Shown piece by piece: positions 52,120 to 64,000 of a stretch of 64,000 nucleotides of DNA. The notes under the pieces are model-generated. The model searched no databases. It saw nothing but the letters and a program-made list of their open reading frames with translations, and was not told the DNA's origin. The DNA is from the human T2T-CHM13v2.0 reference genome, Homo sapiens. A program made the position numbers and the translations under genes. Where the stretch lies: the NCBI RefSeq assembly GCF_009914755.1, contig NC_060925.1, one strand, 5' to 3'. Each line of letters starts with the position of its first letter. Within the stretch, counting starts at the first letter, position 1.

Positions 52120-53361
52120 GAGCCTGTGAACTCTTAATGTTGAGGTCCTGGTGTGCAGGCCTTGGTGCGGCTGTGTTCATGGGCACCCATTCGGATCATC
52201 TGCTGAGCACTTTCTATGGGCCAGACATGGTGCCAGGGAAGAATCTTAACTGATAACTTCTGCAAACACCCTATTTCCAAATAAGGGCACTGTGGGTTAG
52301 GACTTCCGCTTATATTGAGGAGGGCAAAACTCAACCCACCATAGCCCAGAGAGCTGGCCAAGGCTTTGGTCTGGCCATGCCCCATACTTTACAGGAGGGA
52401 AACTGAGGCATAGAAGAGGGAATGAAAGCATTTGTCAGGGTGAGGGGTGGCTTTTTGAGATTCTCCCTCTCCATGAGCAGGAACCAGCTTCAGAGGTGCC
52501 AGAGGATGAGCCGACAGGGACTCTGTGTTTAATTCTCAGAGCACAAGCCAGTGTCACAGGCAGCGGCCAGAGTCCCAGAGACCCAGCCTCTTCCCACTCT
52601 GTGCTCCTTTCAGACACCTTGTGATGCTGCTTGGGGATAATTCAGAACTTCCTCAGCTCCCAGCTGGTGATAAAGCTGCCCTGGGTGAGAGGAAATTTAG
52701 CTTGAGGCAGAGGCAGAAGGTGAGCTTTGGGGGATCAGATAAGAACTTGGTGCCTTAGTTAAGTAAGGCAAAGGGAGTGAGGTGGTGCAACCTCTCTGGG
52801 TCTTGGCCTGCCCCGAACTCTTATCTGGGCCTCTTACCCATGCCTTTCCTGGAGGGGCTGCACACGCCTGGGCTGCCTCTCCTGGTCTTGCCCCACCCGT
52901 GCCCAGCCTTTGAGTCTGAGCACACTCTCCCTCCAGTCAGCCCATGAGTGCTGAGGGCAGAACCCGGGCAGAGGCACCTGTGTCCACCATGGAGCCCAGC
53001 AGCAGGGACAGCAGAGCAGCAAACGAAGCCCACCCAGATTCGGGCCATGCCAGCTTCTTTGCTGGGTCTCTGTTTCTCCATCTCTGAAATGGGCATGGGA
53101 GTCACTTTCCCTGGAAGAGCAAATTAGGAGTTAGACAGAAGGGTGTGCTTTAAGCCATAAAATGCTGTGATCATCTAAGGAAACAGACCCTACCCCTGTG
53201 GGCATGGAGAGGTGAGGTGGGAGGCTGGGACTGTGGGGATGGGAGGGTGGGGTGCCAGGAGGGTGTTCTATCTTAGGAGGGGAGTGTCTGGGGGAGTGGG
53301 GTTTCTGAGCCCAAGAGCTGGAACCGCAGGGGTACAGCCACAGCCTTCACCCCTTAGGTGG

Positions 53362-53530
53362 GGCCCAAAGTCCCCACCCTAAAACACACTGTGAGATGAC
53401 CCAGCGTGGCCCAAGGCCCCCAGGTACACAAGGACCCTCTTGTCAGGCAGGACATTCCAGGGCCCAGAGATGCCGCCGTGGGTCAAAGAAAAGGCCAGCC
53501 CTCTCTCTGAGAAGAGTTGAATTCTTGGTG
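53362..53530 (-). repeat. 169-bp direct copy of the MER21C terminal segment at 57301-57469
   Basis: Ungapped alignment with about 18 mismatches by eye (~89% identity). Confidence 0.9.
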
Positions 53531-54158
53531 GCCGGCAGTGGCTTCTCCGTGGACCTCACAGTGCTGTCATTGCATCCCAGGACGCTGGGATTGTCTTTGG
53601 GAGCATGGTGGCCAGGTGGAAGAGATGGCCCGCCCTGGATTCAGACAGAATCAGAGCTGCAGCTCCCCAGCTGTGGCTGGCAGCAGGGTGTTTATTCCCC
53701 GGAGCTTCGGTTGCCTCATTCGGAATTCGGTTCCCTTTCAGGGTTGCTGTGAGGGTCTAGTGAGGTGATGTATGTAAGTTCTCAGGCTGGGTGCACCCCC
53801 TTTCTTTCTTGGGGGTGCAGAAACCTCTAAGTGTCCCATTTAGGGCTCTCAGATGCCGAGGAGCGGTCTTGTCTCAGCAGCTCTGTCCTCCTGCTTCTGC
53901 CTTACATGTGATTAAGTTACCCCATTTGTTTTAAAGACTTGTCTTATCACCTATTTACAAGACTTATGGATTTCTCATTACTTCCTTTGATGGAACTCAG
54001 GCTAAAGTGCTTTCTGCTCACTCCATCCATGCTCTGCCTATAAAACACAACAGAATCATGGGCCGGGGAGGAGTGGGGCCATGGGTGGATGGAGGCTGTT
54101 GGGCAGCATCTGCCCACAGGTCTCGGGGATTTATTGCAGATGCTGCAGATGCCAACGC

Positions 54159-56177
54159 ACCTCCCAACAGTCACCTGCAGACGCAGCCGATGCACCCCAC
54201 ACCCAGACCCAGTGAGACCTCCCAACAGTCACCTGCAGACGCAGCCGATGCACCCCACACCCAGACCCAGTGAGACCTCCCAACAGTCACCTGCAGACGC
54301 AGCCGATGCACCCCACACCCAGACCCAGTGAGACCTCCCAACAGTCACCTGCAGACACAGCCGATGCACCCCACACCCAGACCCAGTGAGACCTCCCAAC
54401 AGTCACCTGCAGACACAGCCGATGCACCCCACACCCAGACCCAGTGAGACCTCCCAACAGTCACCTGCAGACGCAGCCGATGCACCCCACACCCAGACCC
54501 AGTGAGACCTCCCAACAGTCACCTGCAGACGCAGCCGATGCACCCCACACCCAGACCCAGTGAGACCTCCCAACAGTCACCTGCAGACGCAGCCGATGCA
54601 CCCCACACCCAGACCCAGTGAGACCTCCCAACAGTCATCTGCAGACGCAGCCGATGCACCCCACACCCAGACCCAGTGAGACCTCCCAACAGTCACCTGC
54701 AGACGCAGCCGATGCACCCCACACCCAGACCCAGTGAGACCTCCCAACAGTCACCTGCAGACGCAGCCGATGCACCCCACACCCAGACCCAGTGAGACCT
54801 CCCAACAGTCACCTGCAGACGCAGCCGATGCACCCCACACCCAGACCCAGTGAGACCTCCCAACAGTCACCTGCAGACGCAGCCGATGCACCCCACACCC
54901 AGACCCAGTGAGACCTCCCAACAGTCACCTGCAGACGCAGCCGATGCACCCCACACCCAGACCCAGTGAGACCTCCCAACAGTCATCTGCAGACGCAGCC
55001 GATGCACCCTGTACCCAGACCCAGTGAGACCTCCCAACAGTCATCTGCAGACACAGCCGATGCACCCCACACCCAGACCCAGTGAGACCTCCCAACAGTC
55101 ACCTGCAGACACAGCCGATGCACCCCACACCCAGACCCAGTGAGACCTCCCAACAGTCACCTGCAGACACAGCCGATGCACCCCACACCCAGACCCAGTG
55201 AGACCTCCCAACAGTCACCTGCAGACGCAGCCGATGCACCCTGTACCCAGACCCAGTGAGACCTCCCAACAGTCACCTGCAGACGCAGCCGATGCACCCC
55301 ACACCCAGACCCAGTGAGACCTCCCAACAGTCACCTGCAGACGCAGCTGATGCACCCCACACCAAGACCCAGTGAGACCTCCCAACAGTCACCTGCAGAC
55401 ACAGCTGATGCACCCTGTACCCAGACCCAGTGAGACCTCCCAACAGTCACCTGCAGACACAGCTGATGCACCCCGTACCCAGACCCAGTGAAACCTCCCA
55501 ACAGTCACCTGCAGACACAGCCGATGCACCCCACACCAAGACCCAGTGAGACCTCCCAACAGTCACCTGCAGACACAGCTGATGCACCCTGTACCCAGAC
55601 CCAGTGAGACCTCCCAACAGTCACCTGCAGACACAGCTGATGCACCCTGTACCCAGACCCAGTGAGACCTCCCAACAGTCACCTGCAGACACAGCTGATG
55701 CACCCCGTACCCAGACCCAGTGAAACCTCCCAACAGTCACCTGCAGACACAGCCGATGCACCCCACACCAAGACCCAGTGAGACCTCCCAACAGTCACCT
55801 GCAGACGCAGCCGATGCACCCCGCACCCAGACCCGGTGAGACCTCCCAACAGTCACCTGCAGACACAGCTGATGCACCCTGTACCCAGACCCAGTGAAAC
55901 CTCCCAACAGTCACCTGCAGACACAGCCGATGCACCCCACACCAAGACCCAGTGAGACCTCCCAACAGTCACCTGCAGATGCAGCCGATGCACCCCGCAC
56001 CCAGACCCGGTGAGACCTCCCAACAGTCACCTGCAGACGCAGCTGATGCACCCCGCACCCAGACCCCGTGAGACCTCCCAACAGTCACCTGCAGATGCAG
56101 CTGATGCACCCCACACCCAGACCCCGTGAGACCTCCCAACAGTCACCTGCAGATGCAGCTGATGCACCCAGACCCAG
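54159..56177. repeat. 58-bp minisatellite (VNTR), ~35 copies
   Basis: Unit acctcccaacagtcacctgcagacgcagccgatgcaccccacacccagacccagtgag; register shifts 2 nt per 60-nt line. Confidence 0.98.
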
Positions 56178-56386
56178 GGAGACATGGATGGGAATCTGCT
56201 CCTATGGTTAGGGAAGTGTCCCTACGACCACCCTCATTTCTGACAGCAACTGCAGAATTTGGGGGTCTCTGGGACCACACCCAGGTTTGGAAATTCACTA
56301 GAAGGACTCACAGAACTCACTGAAAGCTGTTACACCCTTGATTAATGTTTATCATGGTGAAAGGATGCAGTTTAAAATCAGCTGAG

Positions 56387-56699
<313 letters not shown>

Positions 56700-56796
56700 T
56701 CAGCCGAGGGAAGAGATGTGTGAGGTAGCATCCAGAAGGTTCCAAGTACCGACCTTCTAATTGTTCTTGCCCTGTGGACTCACCATGGTAACACCT

Positions 56797-57146
56797 TGTA
56801 TTAGTCTGTTTTCATGCTGCTAATAAAGACCTGAGACTGGGTAACTTATACAGGAAAAAGGCTTAATGGACTCACAGTTCCATGTGGCTGGGGAGGCCTC
56901 ACAATCATGGCAGAAGACAAGGAGAAGCAAGTCACATCTTACATGGATGACAGCAGGTGAAGAGAGAGATTGTGCAGGGAAACTCCCCCTTATAAAAGCA
57001 TCAGATCTCGTGAGACTTATTCACTATCATGAGAACAGCATGGAAAAGATTTGCCCCCATGATTCAATTACCTCCCACTGGGTCCCTCCCACAGTACATG
57101 GGAATTCAAGATGAGATTTGGGTGGGGACGCAGCCAAACCATATCA
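56797..57146 (-). mobile_element. THE1B/C-like solo LTR
   Basis: tgtattagtctgttttcatgctgct ... cagccaaaccatatca; perfect 5-bp TSD CACCT (56792-56796, 57147-57151). Confidence 0.92.
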
Positions 57147-58039
57147 CACCTCCCAGCAATGATTTGTGACAAGGTGCATGGAGCACGGCAACTGTGAGCT
57201 TCCTGGGCCTGGATGCCCAGAGTCTTCAGGGGGCCTTTTCATACAGACATGGCCTACTGACCTCAGTCTCCAGACCCCAGAGGTTGAGCTGATGCCTCAA
57301 GGCCCAAAGTCCCCACCCTAAATCACACTGTGAGATGACCCCGCATGGCCCAGGGCCCCCAGGTACACAAGGACCCTCTTATCAGGCAGAACATTCCAGG
57401 GCCCAGAGACACCCCCTGGGGTCAAGAAAAAGGCTAGCCTTCTCTCTGGGAAGAGTTGACTTCTCGGTGCACACTGTCTCTTTCTCTCAGCTGTGACCTC
57501 ATGGCTGAGGATGAATACATTCAAACGTGCTCCTTATATTTTCAGAGATGTGTATTTAGAGGAATTGGGTGAGCCCCGAGTCAGGATGAAATTTCCACCT
57601 GACAGTGCCTTCCAGAAGAACTGTCTTCCTCCTGACCATTGAGAAACTCCCCACCCTGGCCCAAGGCATGTTGGCCTCTCTTGCCCTAAATACAGTCAAG
57701 GGTTGACCTCCTCATAACAAAAACCTAATTTGTGTGAACTTTTTAGAGGGTCCAGGTGGTGGATGTGGATATTTCCACCTCTAGGCTCAAATGACCAAAG
57801 AAAAGGCTAGAGATGCCCAGTGGGTCGGAATGATGGGCTGCTGACTAGAACATGATGGAGACTATGGGTTAGCCCAATCTTTGTGATCTAGGGAGATAAA
57901 GACAGGCAGGGTCTTGTTGGCAGATTATTTGTGAATAATGTTCAGTGAGTGGAAAATGAATGGGTAGATGGTTCATTGGATAGAAGAATAGATGGATAGA
58001 TTGAAAGAAGGAAGGAAGGATGAGTGGAAGAAGGGATAG

Positions 58040-58286
58040 CAAACACCACATGTTCTCGTTCATAAGTGGGAGTTGAACAATGAGAACACATGGACACAGG
58101 GAGGAGAACATCACACACCAGGGCCTGTCAGGGTGTGGGGGTCTGGGAGGGGGATGACATTAGGAGAAATACCTAATGTAAATGATGAGTTGATAGGTGA
58201 AGCAAACCAACACGGCACATGTATACCTGTGTAACAAACCTGCACGTTGTGCACATGTACCCCAGAACATAAAGTATAACAAAAAA
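58040..58286 (+). mobile_element. L1PA6-8-like 3' end fragment
   Basis: caaacaccacatgttctc...taagtgggagttgaacaatgagaacacatggacacaggg...aacctgcacgttgtgcacatgtaccc. Confidence 0.88.
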
Positions 58287-58454
58287 GGAAGGATGGATGG
58301 TTGAATGGATAAATGGAGGGTTGGATGGATGGATGGGTGAGTGGAAGCTGGATGTACAGAAGGAAGGATAGATGGTTGAATGGATAAATGGAGGGGTGGA
58401 TGGATGGATAGAAGGATGGATGGGTGGATGGTGGATATATAGATGAAGGGATGA

Positions 58455-58873
58455 TGTATTAGTCTTTTTTTGTTGTTGTTATAAAGAAATACCTGAGGCT
58501 GCTGGGTCATTTATAAAGAAAAGAGGCTTAATTGGCTCATGATTCTGCAGGCTTTAGAGAAAGTGTGGTGCTGGCATTTGCTCAGGATCTGGTGAGGCCT
58601 CAGGAAGCTTCCAATCATGGTGGAAGGCAATGGGGAGCCAGCAGGTCACATGGCGATAGCAGGATAAAGAGAGTGAGGGGGAAGGTGCCACACTCTTTTA
58701 AACAACCAGATTTCATGTGAACTCAGAGAGAGGCAACTCACTTATCACCAAGGGGATGACACTAAGCCATTCATGTTCCAATCACGTTCCCACGATCCAA
58801 TCATGTCCCACCAGGCTCCACCTCCAAAGCTGGGGATTACATTTCAACATGAGACAAACGTCCAGCTGTATCA
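58455..58873 (-). mobile_element. MSTB-like solo LTR
   Basis: tgtattagtc...ggtgaggcctcaggaagcttccaatcatgg...ggattacatttcaacatgaga; TSD gatga/gatgg. Confidence 0.87.
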
Positions 58874-59839
58874 GATGGATAGATGGATGCATGTATGGAA
58901 GGATGGACAAGTGAGGCGGGTGTTTGAGCAATGTGATACATGGAAGGAAATTACCATGGGTAAGAAGCCCAGTGCTCTGGGGCCTTGCGGAGTGGCGCAG
59001 GAGCTCTGGCTGGCCAAGGTTGGTATGAGAATCGAATGAAATAGTGCAGGTGATGCACCTAGTGCAGTATCAGGCACAAGCTCGGCTCTCGGTAACAAGC
59101 AGCTCCTGTCTCCCATTTCCCCTGTGGGTTCACTGTGCCCACGTGTCCATGGGTCTGCGCTCCTGTCTCCAAAGGTCCCACTGTGAGCTCTTCTCCACCC
59201 CACGGTTCAGCCTGTGTCCAACAGATGTGCCCGTTGGGGCAGAGTGAGGGGAGGGCGTCCCCTCCAGGAATGCCACGCCTGGTCGTGGGGTGTCTGACCC
59301 CTCCACAGGGATGCTGCATCTGCCTTTAACTCAGCACTTGTTGTTTTGACTCCACCCCCTCCCACAAGCATCCGGAACTCCTCTCTGTGGCTGTGTACCA
59401 GACACTGTCATCCTCAGGAGGCTGCCCAGCCTGTTGGGCTGGGTGCGGACGGCCTTTCTTCCTGGATCTTCATCGCTCAGGAAATGGTGGACACAGTCCT
59501 GCCCCGACAGGCTGGACGCAGGGTTGGCCGGGGGCATGGTCCCTGTCCCTCCCTGAGGGAGTCTGTTCTTCCTGGAGGGAAAAACTGCCCCTGCTTATAG
59601 CCTTGGCCCCATCAGAACTTGCTTCCAAATATTCCCTTTGTGGGGCTGGGGACGCCCACTGGGCTGGGGGTGCTACACTGGCCTTGAAGTCCTGGCCACC
59701 TGCCAGGGTCAACATCAGAGCCCCTGGAGGAGGGGGCACAGGCTTGAAGGCTGCTGCTCCAGGACTGTCCTCCCGGCTGGCTTCCTCCATAGTCGGAGCA
59801 CCGTCCTTTACTGGGGGAGGGAGGCTGGGGGTGTTGACT

Positions 59840-60620
59840 CACAGAAAATGTCTAATTGCCTTGTCCATCAGGCTCCTGCCATTGCCCTGGGACTGCCGCC
59901 GGAGTGAGAGGAATCTCGGCTTCTCCGGGGAAGCCCCGGTGGAGCGTGAGGAGCCTGTGATCACTGATCAATTATTCTTTATTAAGTGTATTTCCTGCAT
60001 TAGTCATTTCTTTGCTGCTTCATTAGCTTCTTCTCAGCTTTCAGTGGATTGTGGGCACCACAGAGTACAAGATAATTTATTTTATTAGGCAATTTATTTT
60101 CCGGGTTCATTTTTAAAGGGCAATTAATCAATTTAAATGGAGAGGTGAAGAATGGGGACCCAAATACTCCTGGGACAAAAGTGACATTATCAACACCTTT
60201 GGGGGGAGAAAGCTTTGCTTTTTATTCTGACTTGGGAACAAATCAGGCGGGAGCAGGTGGAGCACCTTAGCATTGAGGATGGGGAGGGCTCACTGTCCCT
60301 GGACTCCAAGCACTGCTTCCTTGCTGCCCTGGAAGGTGGCAGCTGCAGCAGGAAGCAGAAGAAAGGGGCCTCTTGGGGAAGTGGGCAGGAGGGAGACTGA
60401 GGACCGGGGTCTGGCTGTTTTGTCATTAGAGTCTGTGCCAGGAGCCGGCCTCCTGGAGAATAAGGAAAATTCATGCAGCTGATCCCGTCTGTGAAACTGA
60501 AATCAGACTCAGACTCTCCCCTGTGCCTCGTAAATAATAAATAAAAACACATAATGAATATTTAACCAGAGAGAAACATGCTCTAAGCCAAAAGTAAACT
60601 GTCAATGAATGGTTTCATCT
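59840..60620. promoter_or_regulatory. Candidate enhancer-like island (homeobox/FOX motifs)
   Basis: CTAATTG, CAATTA, CAATTAATCAATT, CTCGTAAATA and GTAAACTGTCA in unique sequence; motif-level evidence only. Confidence 0.35.
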
Positions 60621-63600
60621 GCTGCATCCAGCGGGTTGCCTTTGCGTCCAAATTTCTATGTGGACCAGGGAGACGAGGACTGATTGGAAGCTTGTGCATT
60701 TCTCCCTGGGGTGGATGTGATCCAGCTCCACTTTCTGACTTCCAGCTTGCTGATTTCTGAGCGGCAGGGAACGATCTGGTTCACGAGAGGAAAACAATGG
60801 GTGCTCTTCAGGAAAGCAGGATTGTGCTAGGCAGATATCTTCTTCATAAGATGAGTTTCTGTGTGATTAATATTATTAACAATCGGCTATTGTGTAAAAA
60901 GTGTTAACAGCAGCCAGGAGTGAATGCTCCCCCTGTGTGGGGAATTGTGAACATGTGATCTCATTACACCCCTTCAAGCACAAAGCAGGTCTCATTCCTG
61001 TTTTGCAGCATAGAAGACGGAAGCCAAGAGAGGCCCTCTCGCTGGCCTGCCCTCAGGGCACTGGACTTGAACTCAGGCCTCTGCCTGTCCAGCTTGGCTG
61101 GTCTTAGGATGCTGTTCCCTTACGTCCACCACACATATGCTTCTGAGGAAACAATGCACGGCCCCGGCCGTAAGCGGCCCGCAGCCTTGGGCGAGATGGA
61201 CATTTCTCTGTGGGTGCCTGCTGATGCCCTGGTGGACCCTGGTGGACCCTGGCAACTACTCTGTCTGCTAGGTCGTTGGTTGTTTCAGGACAAAAGCCAT
61301 GAAACAACTTTGCTTACATGTTTCACAGAAATCACATGACGTCTTCAATAATCGTTAAAGGCTGGGCATGAACCACACGTCAGGGCTGGCTGGCTCCCTG
61401 GAGCGAAGTCCAACAGGGCGCCTGCTCGTGGGTTATCACATCCAGAAAGAATTGGCATGTTATTCTATGTTTGTAAACATTTGTGCTTTTTCTTACTTTT
61501 GCTGGGTGATGTAATCTGTTCCTAGTTCACAAAGATAGACCCATGGTTCAAAAGCAGTTAGGTAAAGCATAAAATTAGTGATACAAATGGAAACATAAAC
61601 AGCACAGCTTAGAATAACTGAAACAATGTAAATAGTGTGTGCCTGATTCCAGTACAAATATAGAAAGCCATCCTGCAATCTGCGCCCCTGCTGGGGCAAG
61701 TCTAGGAAGATTTTGCATATGCAGCAGAAAGGAAAAGCTTAGAAAATTACAGCAGAGAATACCTGAAAGCCAAAACTTGCTGGGATAGTGACTCCATTGC
61801 TCTTTGTCACCAGGCTGTGATCCCTTACAAGACTTTCAAAGAGTGACATGACACCGTGGAAGTTTCAGAGCATTTTCCGAAGAGCAGAGTGGAGGCTCTC
61901 GTCAGCCAAGTGAGCTGTTCTTGACAAATGCTAAATTAGGTTTCCCAGCACAAAATTGATGAGTGATACATTTTGTCAACCACGAACAGAGAAGAGATCA
62001 GAACGAAGGTTCATAACTGCACAGCACATGGCAATGAGAGGTGCGTGTCAGGCTGCTGCTGAGAAGTTTGAAAAAACCAACTGCAAAGTTAAGTTGTCTA
62101 TCATGCTGGGAGGGGATGGGATGATGATGGCAGCATTCCCTCATCCCAGGATGCCGTTGAACACAGCGTGTGTAAATGTCATTCCCAGTGTGTGTGCACA
62201 TCAGCCCGCCTCTCGCTGCATGGCTGGATGAAGTCCCCCTTGTGGGAGAAGAGCTGAGGACACCCAGGTCCATGTTACAGGTGAAGAGTTTTTGCATGGC
62301 CAGTGATGCTTCTGTGAGTTTCATTGAAGACTTGAAAAGCTACATGTGGTCAGCCCCAATGGCGTGCCCACCTAGCATGTGCATCCTGATGGGGCTCTGG
62401 TGCACACGTCCCCCAGGGACCCGAGTGCTGACAGGCTCTGTTAGCAGGAGCAGGGAGTAGTTCTCACCACAGATAGTGAGGTTGAGACCAGGACCTTCAT
62501 CTTTCCAGGGTTCCGAGTGGTACAAGGAAGAGGGCAGAGGGAAGCCACATTCCACTTTCCAATGGAAGCTGGGGGGACTGTGCTTAGACAAGCATTTGAA
62601 ATGAGAGATGGACTGAAAATAGCTCTTCACCTTCTTCACAGACCAGGAAAGGTCATGGATGGGCAAGAGCATGGTTTGAAAGCCAAGAATAAGACACTGG
62701 AATTGTTTAAGAAGATGGTTCCATGGGAAATGGCTCCATGTTCCAGATTTCATTCTCTCTCTACTTGACACGGCTTTTTTTTTCTTTGCTGATTGGAGCA
62801 GGAAATCAATAATGCATATTGGAAATATTTAGAAACTCCATCCAAAGTTGCATTAGCATGTAAAGGATCTCTAGAGTCCAGTGCGACAGACAGCTCCCTC
62901 TATCTTTCCCCACATGTTGAGACACTTAAGTTCCCAGCCTTGAACAACCTGCCATCCCACAGAACTCTGAAAGTGGCTTCAGTGAGAAATTCTTCAATGC
63001 TGGTCTTCGCTGCCTGCGACTCCTGCAGCCCCAGATGGTGGGCCGGGATGGTGGGAGGGAAAAGCAAGCTGAGAACAGCTGCAAGGTTGTCTAGGATTCA
63101 AGTCATCTTCATTAAGCCCACTCTAGGGGGCCTGTGAGGGTTCACAGACACCATCTATCTCTCGACATTTTCACCATGGTCTTTAATCTTTAAATGCTAT
63201 GTTTTACTCTCCTTTAAGGAGTTACCTGAGAGCTGTTGGTTGGTATGTGGGCCCAATGCCTGTTAAGTCATCTATATACTGTGGGCCAAAGTTTCAGCTC
63301 CGATGGCTTGTGGTCAGCATTTGATGTCATGATGGACAGAGAGAGCATTTGTTTGGTGCCTACTGGGTGCCAGAAGCCAGTCCTGGGCTCCTGCCCCCAG
63401 GGAGGAGCCCCAGCCCTCTGCTCAGATGCCCCCTTTGCTTTAGCTGGAAGGATATGGGGAAAAAGGGCCTCCGCCAGTGTCTCTCTCACTGAGCATTCTC
63501 CCTGGGGTCACATCTCCCCTCAAACCTGATCTGATAACTATGTGACCATGGAAGTTTGCAAAGAGGGAGGCTCTGAAGAGGAAAGTGGGTTCTGACCAGC

Positions 63601-63706
63601 TGCAGCTGCAGAGGGCTGGTGGGCAGGGTGCTCCGGCGGGGGGCTCCGGTGCTCAGTGCTCCTGTCCTGTGGCCATTCTGCCCCAGAGAAGCAAAAAATC
63701 TGTATT

Positions 63707-63787
63707 AAACTCTGTATCGAAGATGAGGAAGAGAGACCTGTGTCAAACTCTGTATCGAACATGAGGAAGAGAGACCTGTGTCAAACT
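63707..63787. repeat. 38-bp tandem duplication (one mismatch)
   Basis: aaactctgtatcgaa(g/c)atgaggaagagagacctgtgtc x2 + aaact. Confidence 0.95.
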
Positions 63788-64000
63788 TTGCTGCCCTGTG
63801 CAGCAAGAGGGAGAGAAGCCTTCAGAGCACCTTGTTCCAGAGACTCCCCGTGGGCTGCAGGAGCTGGGCACTGCTGAGCTTTCTGCAGGAAGCCTTGGCC
63901 CCTTCTGGTGGAGGCGTCCTTCTGTTTTCCAGAAGGCCTCTGTCGCCAGAGCTCGGCTAGGGATTGCCGAAGGGAACTAAGTAATTAGCCCCAATTTATA

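Larger units (their letters stand above)
57955..58910. repeat. Degenerate (GGAT/GGAA)n tract interrupted by L1PA and MSTB
   Basis: ggatggatggttgaatggata units at 57960-58039, 58287-58454 and 58874-58908. Confidence 0.85.

Noticed and set aside
54159-56177. Regular repeat array as a CRISPR array or coding repeat
   Set aside because: Head-to-tail units with no unique spacers, eukaryotic context; period 58 is not a multiple of 3 and each unit contains TGA

Overview
Primate (human/great-ape-like) non-coding genomic DNA with a GC-rich background. I find no supportable protein-coding exon or RNA gene. The window is a mosaic of Alu SINEs (FLAM, J, S, Y), L1 LINEs of several ages, MaLR/ERV LTRs (MLT1, MLT2, MST, THE1, MER21), a MER47A DNA transposon, L2/MIR relics and long simple repeats. 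The long repeats are a 2.4-kb CACT/CATT array and a ~35-copy 58-bp minisatellite. Several AT-rich, homeobox/forkhead-motif-dense islands resemble developmental enhancers. The most notable structure is a ~5.3-kb composite retro-insertion at 17917-23228 that splits the 3'UTR of an old L1PB. It is bounded by a 16-bp target-site duplication (TSD) and contains the 5' half of an L1PA5-like element, ~1.8 kb of foreign non-L1 DNA, and the 3' end of an older L1 subfamily followed by AATAAA and poly(A). This is consistent with an L1-driven transduction or chimera that lost its own RT half. Subfamily names are from my recollection of consensus sequences, not from a RepeatMasker run. All long ORFs are decayed L1/Alu pieces or low-complexity artefacts.
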